From the NCBI GenBank assembly GCA_000934665.2, contig JYFJ02003269.1:1-44146 (forward strand): a stretch of 44,146 nucleotides of DNA. Reading direction: 5' to 3'. Each line of letters opens with the position of its first letter. Within the stretch, counting starts at the first letter, position 1. Positions 14,974 through 25,886 of the stretch are shown here, one piece after another. Under the pieces are notes generated by a model. It had not been told where the DNA came from and did not search any database. It saw nothing but the letters and a program-made list of their open reading frames with translations. The DNA comes from Catajapyx aquilonaris. Taxonomy: Eukaryota. The position numbers and the translations under genes are program-made.

Positions 14974-17541
14974 TTATATACGTACTATGAATGCTTCTCC
15001 GAGAAATACTAATGTGCATTCGCTCCATGTGATGTAGGACTATGTGGCCTGCGGAGTCTCCGTGGCTCCAAATCCCTGATCTCCGTTGACGTAGACCTCG
15101 AGTCTCCATGTCAACCAATTGCCTTTCTGGCTACGTGGAAATGGATTTCAAATCCCGTGGCACACCCTCCCTCCCTCCCACCCACCACCCCACCAGAGCC
15201 TGATCTGACCTACCATCACAATGAGGACCGGCATATCGAGCGATCCAAATCAGCAATAAGTCAACCGTGAGCTCCAAAAAAAATCCCTTTCCTTCACACA
15301 ACATCACTTTTTTCAAACTAAAAAAAGGCAATTGTATATACACGCACTTGAGTGCACATCGTTGCTAATGACACCCCGGATATTGCACTCAAGCGGAAAT
15401 TAAACCTCCTGACATTTATTCCCCCGGTACCTCCCTTGTCTCCGACCATTCTTTTTTGGTATGCCCGCTGGTTCTCCACAACAGGATGAGTGTTTCTTCA
15501 AATTAATTAATCCTCCGAATGTGTCGAGCTCCCAGCAGACAAAGTGTCTGGAGTCTGCGACAGGAAAGCCAAACGCCACTCCAGGGAAAAGTCGAGCCTC
15601 TTGCATAACCCCCATCGCGACACCCAGACTTTTGCAGCACCATCGACGTTCTAGTTCAAAATGCTGGAGGTTACAAAAAAAAAAAGGAAGGAGAAGGAGG
15701 GAGAGGCGGAAAACGAAGGAGTGTCAGCAACTTTGGTCTACAATCACCTCGCATTTTTCTTTTTTCTCTCGGGAGTCAAAGAAGTCTGAAGTTTTCAAGG
15801 CAAAGAATATTGAAGGGTGGCTTATACACAGTCTCTTTGCAGTTATAATTGCTTAAATTGGTACTCTCGCTAGCAGTTCTATGTAAAAGTTATTTTCTTA
15901 AAAAAGAAAGGCATTGTAACGAACTTTCAAAGTATGTGCTTAATGCGCAGTTTAAAGGGTATGTTCCCGGCTTGCATTGTTTGAGAGCATCTTAAATATA
16001 ACGTCGGGACACAGGTGGACCAGATGTGCAGTAAAAATAGATCTTGTTAACTAAAAAGGGGCAAATAATCTCAATGCCAGTCACAAAGGACCGGAAACGC
16101 ACAATAGGGTGCAGTCTATTCAGATCTTTTTATGCAACAATCACTCGAGGTATACGTACGTACTGTAATTATTTCGTTTGCTGCATCAACTACAGAAGTA
16201 CTGCATGCATCCGGGAGTTTTTCTGCCCCGCAGATATTTTACAAACTCAGCTCACTGTTGATGACGTTTCATTCCAGGAGAGCGATATTTAAAAAATGCT
16301 CCACACACAATTATCAGTTGTACTTAACTGATAGTCCTGACCGCTGTCAAGTACAATGTACGGTAGGCGTTGGAACCGTGCAGGCCGTGTATAGTTGAAA
16401 GGTCAAACCTGTCGACGCCATTCGAATAGAAATGCCAGAGAGTGCTCACCTTTGTGGGACCAGCTATTTAACATGACTCACACAAATGGAGTTGCGGGTG
16501 AATCGTGACCTTAAGCTTCGCTTGCACCCGTTAAAGCGCTCCAAATAAAATCCTCTCCTCCCATGTTCCTCCCAACAGGAGCAATTTTTATCTTCTTTTT
16601 ACCCCCCCCCCCCCTCTCCCCGGAAACGATGGGAATCGCCCAGAGCAACGTGGATGCAGCAATCTACGTGTTGAGAATTCTGGCCAGATTCGACTTGCAA
16701 TTAAACTCCTAATAGCATTTCCTGACTATGGCCATTTCCATTCTGAGAGACACGTCAACGCCAGCATCCTCTACTTTCAATAAGCTGAACCTAGCAGCGA
16801 AACTATTATTACGCCAATTTAGCTCGACTGACACATTTGTGTAATGAAGTACTATGCATAAGGGTCTAAAATGTGCAAATATATTGGCTGCAAGCTATTA
16901 AATCATATTACTAAAATGCTTCCGTCATGTCGTGTCGCTATACTTTTCGGAAGGATAAGTTTACGCCATCTACTGATTTCCTTCCTAACCGAAAACTCCT
17001 TTAAAGCGCTTTCCCAAAACGCTCCTAGCAAAACAAGTTACATGCCTCTCGGTGCATTTCCACAACCGCATGAGCCACAAAGTTCCTCCCAGAGCTGGAG
17101 GCGACCAACTTTTTAAAAAGTGAGCCACATCGTCCAGACAGGAGTCCTTGTTTTGCGCTGAGTACAAAGTGAGGAAGGGGGAAAAAGCATCGTCGTCGTC
17201 GGCTGTGGCCAATCGATGTAATGAAGCCTCGGGGGGACGGATGGCGCTAAGTAGCCAGCGTCCCTCCATAAAAGCGGACCCGACCACACCAATTCACGCC
17301 GCAAAATCTCCTCTCTTCACACCGCCATTTTTCGCACCTACACTGCTGCCGTTTTGACCGCACGCCAGCACTAAAACAGATACCGAACCGCGGCGATGAT
17401 AGCCCAGATCGGTGTCGAATTGCCTAAAGGACTCTAGGCCGTGCATGAAACATTGCTGATAACATCTGTCACATCCTGGGCGGCAAAATCAATAGAGTAC
17501 AGGGTGGCCAGAACATCTTAAATAATTAAAATTAAAATTAA

Positions 17542-17771
17542 AGAGTGTGTCGCCAGATGACTGATCTGCACTACAAGTGAGTGGCGTCCCTGCTTTAGGT
17601 GACCAAAACGTCAAGCTGACGGTTCCCAAGCAGCCGAGCGACATGCAAATTAGTCGCGCTCTAATGTGCAATAATAACCTTCCCTTCCGCTGGCAAGTTG
17701 CGCTTCAGAAGGAGATTTGGGCCCGAAGGAAAGTGAGGGAACTGCACCTCCAGGCATCTGGCGACACCTCT
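17542..17771. mobile_element. Possible old MITE bounded by short inverted repeats
   Basis: gtgtcgccagatg (17547-17559) and its exact reverse complement catctggcgacac (17755-17767), extended by agag/ctct; no clear TSD. Confidence 0.4.
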
Positions 17772-17849
17772 ATACTATCACTTGGTCCAATGGTGGCAAT
17801 GGAGTGTTCCCCAACTTACACTATTTTTTTGTTCCATTTTCCGTTTCAG

Positions 17850-17943
17850 AGCTTTCGCCCGGATTCTCTGCACGTGCTGTCCGAGACGCCTACGCAGACG
17901 TTATCCTCGAGGCTTCCGTGGCAAGTTGGGTCACCTCAGCCAG
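17850..17943 (+). CDS. Dop1R2: Internal exon of an aminergic GPCR (helix 8 and proximal C-tail), most like invertebrate-type dopamine receptor Dop1R2/Dop2; TM exons lie upstream of the window
   Basis: Strong acceptor (tttttttgttccattttccgtttcag) and donor (cag|gtcagt). In phase 2/0 it reads (R)AFARILCTCCPRRLRRRYPRGFRGKLGHLSQ, matching my recollection of insect Dop2 'DFRRAFVRILCxCCPRRxRRRY...SQ', including the CxCC palmitoylation cluster and an exon end at SQ. Confidence 0.8.
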
Positions 17944-20900
17944 GTCAGTTGCTCCTAATCTCGCTTTGAAATCCATTGAAGCAAGCAGCCGGCTGGAAAT
18001 TTTCAAATTGTTAAACGTGACTTCAATGCTGATTTGTGTGCCTTTTAGTTTGTAGACGGGACATTGGTCTGGTGCCTACCCCGTAAGCATACAATCAGAG
18101 AGTGGAAATTCCCAGCACGTTTTCCCAGATCCGCCAACAAACTTTTTAGAGGATGCTGTGCTTTCTTTTTACGAGTAATTAGAAGCGGGGCTTGATGGTG
18201 ATCGTTTAAGTGGTTCTTGGACGTATACCTTTAAAGAAGTTTGCTGCATCAGATAAATTAGTTCGAGGATGTAATACTATACAAAGAACCTTTTTGCACG
18301 ACTATATGCAGGAGTTGTGTAAAGTGAACAACAATAAAATTTCGTAACTCTAAGCAATATGTGCGAGTGATATTAAATGGGGTTTGAGACGTTCAATATT
18401 GGCGCATATGAAACTGGGATTCCTTACCCAACAATAGCCAGGTACATTAATAGTGTGCTAGAAACTTGTGCAAGAATTTGCGAAAACATGAAAGGAATTC
18501 GCACTTGAATATGACTTCGGCTTTTGTGTAAGATATTTTGAATATGCAAGCATCTAGTAAAGGGGAAATGATCATATGATATAATGCATGCCGGTCTACG
18601 TACAGTGCCAGCCACACTGCACATGATTCAATTAATAGGAGTATTCTAGAATATTAATTGCAATTACACCAACATGGGGTGATAGCAGGCAGGAACTACT
18701 TACACTATTACAGGATGGCATTTAAATACACGCATACAGCATTAATAGAGATGAAGTTTTTTTTCTACTAAAAACACCAAAGTACAGGTGTTGCAGTGTG
18801 GACTTCCAGGGCAGTGTATGGGTACAGTACTATATATATCTAAAGAAAGCTTCGAGAATGTTTCAATTTTATCCATCAGCTCTCTGTTTCGTTTTTGCCC
18901 CTGAGGCCTCCAAGTAAAAATAAAGCACACATGCCTTTCTTATCTTCCCAAGCCCTGTCATGAAGGGTGCAGGTTATTGGCACGTGTGCCGCTACACAGC
19001 TGCTATGTTGACTAGGGCATGTACTGTACTTTCAGCTCTACTTTTATGGATTTTCCTATAGGGATTTTCTCTCTTTGTTCAGAGAATTGCATTTTTTTAC
19101 TTCACTTCCCTTGACATTCTACAGTATGGTGATGAAAAACTGCTAAAACAGTACATTGGCAAAAAAAGAGACAGTCAACCCCCACTACCTCATCTGTCTC
19201 TCAAAGTCTATATATATATATATCAACCCGAGGCACTTCTTTTGCGACCGTCTCTTGCGACCGTCTCTTGTGAATAAATGTCAATGTTCACATGCCCATC
19301 CGCAATAAAAAGCAGTGTTCTGTCGTGCATTCTCCTGCTGTGTAGGTGATTCAGGCTACAGCTCCACATACAATCATACTGTATGCCTGCAGCTGCTGAG
19401 TGTAATAGACATGTGAACAGACCTGTCAAGAGTTTTAATATAAACATCAATTGTCCCTGGCTATACAATCTTGAAACTGATGAGACACAGACTCCCAGGA
19501 AAAGGTCAGTACCCAATAAAGATCTGATATCATTATATCTGCTATCGGTTTATTTTTCGGCCTCTCGCATATCACCAAATTACTTTCATTTGGGAATCTG
19601 ATGAGCAACTTTCCTCTTCTGACCTACATCTGCCCCGGGAACTCTCGGTTTACATCCCTAGCAAATGAGCGCTAACGTTCATTTTCCCAATATGGCAGCC
19701 CGACCTTGGTCTTACATCGACTACACTGTTTTTGCAAAACCTGCAGGAGATCCACCATGCAACTTTCTAGCAGATTAAATCTAATCTCTCCCCATCTTTT
19801 GGCGCTAAATATCCTCAGACCACGTGGAAATCCGGCGCCCAAACACTCCAGATTTACCAGCAGTTAAGACTTGAGGACGCGTATATCATTGTCGACTTTG
19901 CGCTCGATTTATCTTGTGTTCAGTCGCAACTTTGCCTATATAGAAGCAGAGAACATCATCGCCTACCACAAAATAAGAAAATAATTACTGTGGCGATTCT
20001 GACGACGTCTTTTAAAGGCTCTAACATAAAGGACAGAGTTTGCAAAAAAATAAGAGAAAAACCTCCACCTAATCCGAAGCGACTTAGGCTAGCTTTATCT
20101 CCACTTCCATGTGTCAATATTAACTCTTTGCCGGGAAGAAGAGTCCTTATGGAAATCGAGAGCTCCACTTTTACCCAGCTTTTTTTCCGTCTTCTTTATT
20201 TCCCTGTGAGCTCGTCGCCCTTTGCCACTCTTCTTCATTGATCCGGCAGGTGTCGTCAAGACGAAAGGTTTCTGGAAGGAATATTCCTCGATATATCAAA
20301 AGGCCGCATCTTTTAGCTTACCCCTGAAATCAACTTCCAAAGCTCAGTGTAAATAACTGCATTTTTTGGCCTTTGTGGTGATTCTGCTTCAGGAACGTGA
20401 TGGTCGCTGTGCATACATGCTGGTTCGTGTCAGTTGCCGACAAATCGCCATATTATGAAGCGAGATGTTTGTTGTCAAACTGCCCAGTTTATCATGATCC
20501 TGGAGTATATAACGCAAGGACCGACATTGATTTTGCCTCATAAATATGAATTCAGTGCTTCTTTGCTTGAGTGTTAAAATTTTGCAGTACTGCACGTTTC
20601 AATACTTTACTTGCTGATCAGGGGAAAAAAATGTAATACATATGAGATGACAGTTTCCGTGAGGTCAGGTACCGCCACGTGGCCGCAATTGCACAATGAG
20701 GGTTGATTGCAGATTGCTCTGGTCGGATGTATGTGACAGGGAGCGAGGTCGCCATTACTTATATGGACGTGGAGCTGAGACACGCGACACACATCCGAAT
20801 GGGAGTTTCTAAAATTCCCAAAAGATTCTGAAATCTCACGTCAGCAAGTCCTGAATTACTGCAATTGGTCAAAAGAAGACGACGATGTAACTTTTTGTGA

Positions 20901-23900
20901 TTCCTGCCATCAAATTTTCTTCAAAGCAGAAAACGTGACTGAACCAATCCGTCAAAACATATACATCAGCTGTCGGATCAAGTTACAGTCTTAGAATTCT
21001 TTAAAAAATTGATCCAGAACCCGAAAATTGATGACTCAATAAGCTCAAGTGGGTAGGAGGTGAATAAGCTATATAAATCCCAGAAACTACTTTGAATCAC
21101 ATGGCCACATGACGCATTTGCCTTGTTTGCTGCTTCCTTAAATTGTTTGTTTTAAAGTCAGATAACTTATTTCTTCCCTTGAACTGCTATTGTTGTTGGT
21201 GATGGTCCAACCGTTTTAGACCAGCCAATGCGACCTCTTCATTTCGTAATTGGCCGTATTTCTGACTGACACGAACTTGTTTCGAACTGACAACAGCAAT
21301 TTGATGGAAATCAGAAATTCACAATAATTTCTGATGACACAGAGACGAATTACTACGCAAGTATTATCGACATGAAGCTCAGTGACAGATTAAGATGCCA
21401 CTTTCGATGGCCCGTTACGGGAACACAACAATCGTATAAAGCCAATTACAAAGTAATTTAGCTAAACGGCAAAGTTATAAAACGTGTCACTCAGGTTCCA
21501 CAATAATTTCTGACAGCCCCGCAATAATTGTTCCCTTTCCATCATAACCAAACACACCAATCCAGGCTTAAAAAACGCGTATCATTACAAATCCTTTACA
21601 GACCACTTCCGCCCTATAATTACTAATAAACTGATAGTAATGAACATCCCTCGAAAGCTGTTTGCGATTACACCGGATGATATAATTATATTTTTGAAAA
21701 AAAAAACATCTGATTGCCCCTGTAGTAGTACAGTTTCCACATGGGAGAACCCGCGTCCGACCACAGAATTCTCTCCCATAGCCACAATGTTGAACGCATC
21801 ATTGACTTTTGAGCCCGCCCTTTACACTTCACGCCGCTCCAATCTCATAATTACGCGCGCAAATACTTTAAAAACATACACCCGATATTTAGCCCCAGGC
21901 TGTGTCGCCATGGCGATGTGTAACCATTTGTCAAAATCCTCTTCATATTTCATGGCCGACCTACGCCGCTTTACCTCTCCCCTCCTCAATCATCATACAC
22001 TACTTATTAATACGTTCAGAGCGATGTGGAAGTAATCACCTTGAAAATTGATTAGCTGCCATTGCCACAACGGCCTCTTTTCATACACGGAGAGGGCCTA
22101 ATTCTGATGGCAAAAAAGGGTCACCCCTGTCGCCATGATTTCATTTGAATTATAACGTCTCTTCACCCCGGTGGGACTCAAAACCAGAGCCTGCTGCGAC
22201 CCACCCGAAATGAAGGAACCCGTATAACTAAGGCGGACCGAATTTGCATGTAAATTTCTTCCTTTTCTCGGGTGCCGAAAAGCGGAAAATATTATCGCCC
22301 TTGGCAGCTGCCCTGGCCTTGTTTACCCAAACGCTTTTCTGTGAAATCTATCCTTACAGATGATCCGTCCCAGAAGCATGCTCTAGTTTGCATGAGAGGA
22401 AGGTACTGAGCCAATTGCATTTTTTATCGCCCCTACAATTTTATTACCGAATGGGCCAAGTCGCATTGTAGTGGGCTCGGTGCGAAATAAGTTGCCAACT
22501 GCGAAACCCACAGAGCGCGCTTAATAAATTCGCCTGAAGAGTCGGAGTGCTCAAATATTTATCAGTCATGAATGCATAACAGGGTGGCTGCAGGAGCGTC
22601 AAACTGCGGTTCGCAATTAAACTCATACACAGTAATTTGCAACTGTGTGCAAATTTCGAAATTGCCTGGTATGCAATAATGGGCTCGTATAGTTTGAGCA
22701 AATTATTATTGAACAGGTGAAGCCCTCTCATTCACTCCTCCATTTGTTCCAATCTAACACAATTCATCCATATTGCCATAAAATCACAGTTTGTACCGCT
22801 TACTGTACACATATAGAATCCAAGCAGTGAGCTGTAGGTCAAGTTGACTCGATGCTGTGTAAATGGTCCCAATAACCGCAATGCAGGCGATCGGTTAGAA
22901 TAATACTCCCGTAAAAGGTTTACTCTCATCAGTTAATGTGATTCACTTTCACCCAGGGAAAGCCTCGAAAGCACCTCTTTGGAGACGACACATCCTTTGT
23001 AAATGCTAAGTAATTAAAACTTCCCTTAATTGACGGCAGAATGATACGAGCTCCTAATCAAAGGCGCTCACTAAAAGAGGAGAAAAAAAATTCTTTCAGT
23101 TTAGTGTAGGGTTTACAAGCTCATTTTGATTCGTATACTTGGCTTTCCTTCATTACTCGCAAATAATTCAGCAACAAAGACTCGAACACTGTAATGATGC
23201 AAATTAGATTCTTGGGGGTAGGAACAAAGGCAGTTACGCAGTTCAGAGGAGACTGCGGGGGAGGGAACGATAAGTCGCCTCCGACCTACGGTTTATGGGG
23301 AAGGTCAAGTGACAGGGCCCGGGCTAAGAGCCTTCTTGGATGCAGATTAGACAAAGCAAGTGGCTCCAAAATTGGCGGGAAGAGTGCAAGCAGCGATTCT
23401 TTTGTTCCATAGAGATAAGAAGACCTCCCCAGAATTATTTGCCTCCCCTTTCGGCTCTCCTTACACGACACACTCCAAAACGCAATAAGCCACCTGGATT
23501 TTTGCCTCCTCTGAAACCTAATTTAGGCAAAACACACGATAACTCGCTAAACGATACCCTTCCATCATAACATCAGTCACAAAGTATCACATTCCTACGT
23601 AAAAGACAGGTTTCACGACAATTGCGCGAAATGCGAACCTGGACGCTAATGACGGGTAAATATTGACTGAAAATTCAGCCCGCCTTTACATTGTAGCAAT
23701 CGTAGCAAAATGTAGCAATGAACCTTCCCTAACAACTCCCCCATGCGCTACAACCAGGAGCTTATTTAATATTCCTAATGGAATACTGGCACAGTGAAAT
23801 AAGGGGAGGCCTCGTTTCGCGGGGCAAAAATTAGCCCTCCGCTATAATTATGGAATGCTGAGTCAGAATATCCGTAAGGAAGTGCCTTTCAGAGAAGACT

Positions 23901-25288
23901 TTGGGCCTGCTAATAATGCAAATTAACAGCCGGCAGTACCGTGTTGTCGCATCCATTCTTTCACAGCTCTCCCCCCCCCCTCCCCCGCAGGGCTTAATTC
24001 CCAATCGATGAGCTAATCTCTGGGAAACAAGCATACGGCATTATTTAGAGAGCCCATTAACACTAGTTTCATATCACACATCGAGCTCTCTCGCAAAACA
24101 ACAAAAAAAAGCTTTTGACCACCTCTTTTCCATCTACAACCGTGAGAGAGGCTCATTTGCCTTTTTACGGCCCTCTTCATCCTCCAGCATGGTCCCCACA
24201 GTTCCTCGAATCCATTCCCGCCAGCCCATTTCCTCCTGTATTTTTCCACTTGATCCTGTAGGTGCTTCACAAAAATTGGCTGCAGAAAAGATAATTTGGC
24301 CGGCCGCTTCCTCCCCTGTGAAGTCAATCGGATAAACACTGCATTTACGTGCCTTGGGAGCTACCCAACATGTGTTGAGGCACCACTTTACGATGATTGT
24401 AGCCATGCGGAGGTCTATAACAACCAGTCGTAACTCCCGATATACACTCGCAGATTAGCCGACGAGCCGGTGGCCGCCAATCTGATAAAGAAAATGTCGG
24501 GTTAATAATGCAGGAGGGTGTCCATGTTATGGACATACTAGTTCCAGCTCTGTTAAATACCGGTACAGTACAGCTCGTAAAATGGCGCCGTTTATTCGCC
24601 TAAGGAATGAAAATTTCAATGTTTACAGGAAATGTTATGAAATTTAAACAGCATTCAATTCGCATTATGCACTACCTAAAGATAATGTTTTAAATATAAA
24701 TATGAATGTTGCCAGCCGTAGCATGCAGAGCCATGTAATTCGTTCCTTCAAGCCACTTCCAAATTCAAGTATTCCAACCAAGCAAGATTCCTATAATCAA
24801 ACGAAAAATGATCATACGATAATCCTCCCATCTTTCTCCCAAAAAAAAATCCTGCGACGAGTTCCAGATTCCGCTAGAGATAAGATTCCCGTCTCCCTTC
24901 CGGCTGTACGCGAATTTCCATTCGAATGTCGGTCCTTTTCCCCCCAAAATGCAAGAAAATGCTAATATACATCCACGAGGCCCCTCGGCAGGGGAATACC
25001 TCCAAAACGACCCATGAATATGCATTTGGAAGCTTTGTCCAGCGGGATCAAAGGCTGACGCTATAGTTCGCCTCTGTAACGTATAGTGCTGCATGAGATT
25101 CCTTGTCGCGAATTACGTTCAAGGATTGCAAGGTAGCAAGATTGGTTTACAAGTAGTGCTTGTTGACTGCTAAGAGGCCGCCTGTAGATGCAAGGATGTA
25201 GTGTTCAGCTTAGGCCTTCGGAATCGCTTGACATGTAGGGTTGCTAGCCTGATTACACACTGTACTTGCTACTCTCTCCCGTCTCCAG

Positions 25289-25411
25289 TGGAATCCTGCA
25301 GGCCTTGCTGGAAACGGGAGAACTGCAGGGTTGCTGGCGGGCAATGTACACTCCGGTTCCCAAGACATCACAGAGGGCCCCACAATAAAGTGGACATCCT
25401 GTACATTCGGC
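25289..25411 (+). CDS. Candidate 123-nt cassette exon of the GPCR C-tail (WNPAGLAGNGRTAGLLAGNVHSGSQDITEGPTIKWTSCTFG)
   Basis: Good acceptor (ctactctctcccgtctccag), plausible donor ggc|gttagt at 25412, open in phase 0/0, leaving a 97-nt intron before the next exon. No recognisable homology. Confidence 0.35.
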
Positions 25412-25508
25412 GTTAGTGGATTTCCAATTCACGCACGGCTGAGGCCACACAGCAGCAGGCAGCCAGCACAGACCTGTCCTAATTCCCTTGTTGTTGCCCG
25501 CATTTCAG

Positions 25509-25622
25509 TCCATGTCTGCCTCGGTCACCACCTCCATGGTGCTGACGCCCAGCAGCCCTGGTGGTCCCAACTCGCTGCACTACCACTCCGGGGTCGTGGG
25601 TCAAGAGCTGTACACCGTATGA
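25509..25622 (+). CDS. Dop1R2: Terminal coding exon of the GPCR (SMSASVTTSMVLTPSSPGGPNSLHYHSGVVGQELYTV*)
   Basis: Branch-point-like cctaat plus pyrimidine tract ending tttcag. Phase 0 fits the 17943 donor. Third codon positions are strongly G/C, the tail is Ser/Thr-rich, and it ends in a hydrophobic YTV; stop TGA at 25620-25622. Confidence 0.65.
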   Translation, partial: SMSASVTTSMVLTPSSPGGPNSLHYHSGVVGQELYTV

Positions 25623-25886
25623 CAAATGGAGAGGGCAGCGGCCTCTTCTGGAGGGAGGGCAGGAGTGGGGAGTCCCAGCCCTTCTTCCGTCGGTCTTGGA
25701 CCCACTGGCGCCATGGCCACTGGCGCAGGGGGCTCCACCAGCGCCGGGGGAAGCCTCCAGCGTGGGCCCATGATCCTGCTGGGCCTGATGGAGCGACACC
25801 ACAAGCACCATCCCAGCCAGGAAGAAGAGGACGAGGAGGAAGAGGAGGAGGAGGAGGAGGAGGAGGAAGAGATCTCGTGGCCGTAG
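25623..25886 (+). other. Putative stop-codon readthrough extension (87 codons: QMERAAASSGG...HHKHHPSQ-polyGlu-ISWP*)
   Basis: Same frame as the terminal exon, TGA-CAA context, no stop until TAG 25884-25886, GC-rich coding-like composition that falls off after the second stop. Confidence 0.4.
25820..25870 (+). repeat. (GAG/GAA)n trinucleotide repeat; poly-Glu if the readthrough frame is translated
   Basis: gaagaagaggacgaggaggaagaggaggaggaggaggaggaggaggaagag seen directly. Confidence 0.9.

Noticed and set aside
202..17500. Many 60-150 aa ORFs in the first 17 kb
   Set aside because: No recognisable domains, codon bias or consistent splice structure; consistent with chance ORFs in a long intron.
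17577..18055. 130-aa and 112-aa ORFs from the track
   Set aside because: They overlap the GPCR exon in the two other frames; the family-like peptide is in the third frame and is bounded by splice sites.
19346..19440. CEQT-containing stretch as the Dop2 EQTYI-type exon
   Set aside because: The CEQT codons are immediately preceded by in-frame TAA TAG, and the nearby acceptor reads a different short frame.
21320..21515. 15-bp direct repeat cacaataatttctga about 180 bp apart
   Set aside because: Only two AT-rich copies with nothing recognisable between them; it could be a TSD or chance.
25201..25416. Cys-rich peptide ESCRPCWKRENC...C as a zinc finger exon
   Set aside because: It needs a phase-1 junction, which does not fit the phase-0 GPCR donor, and the spacing matches no motif I recognise.
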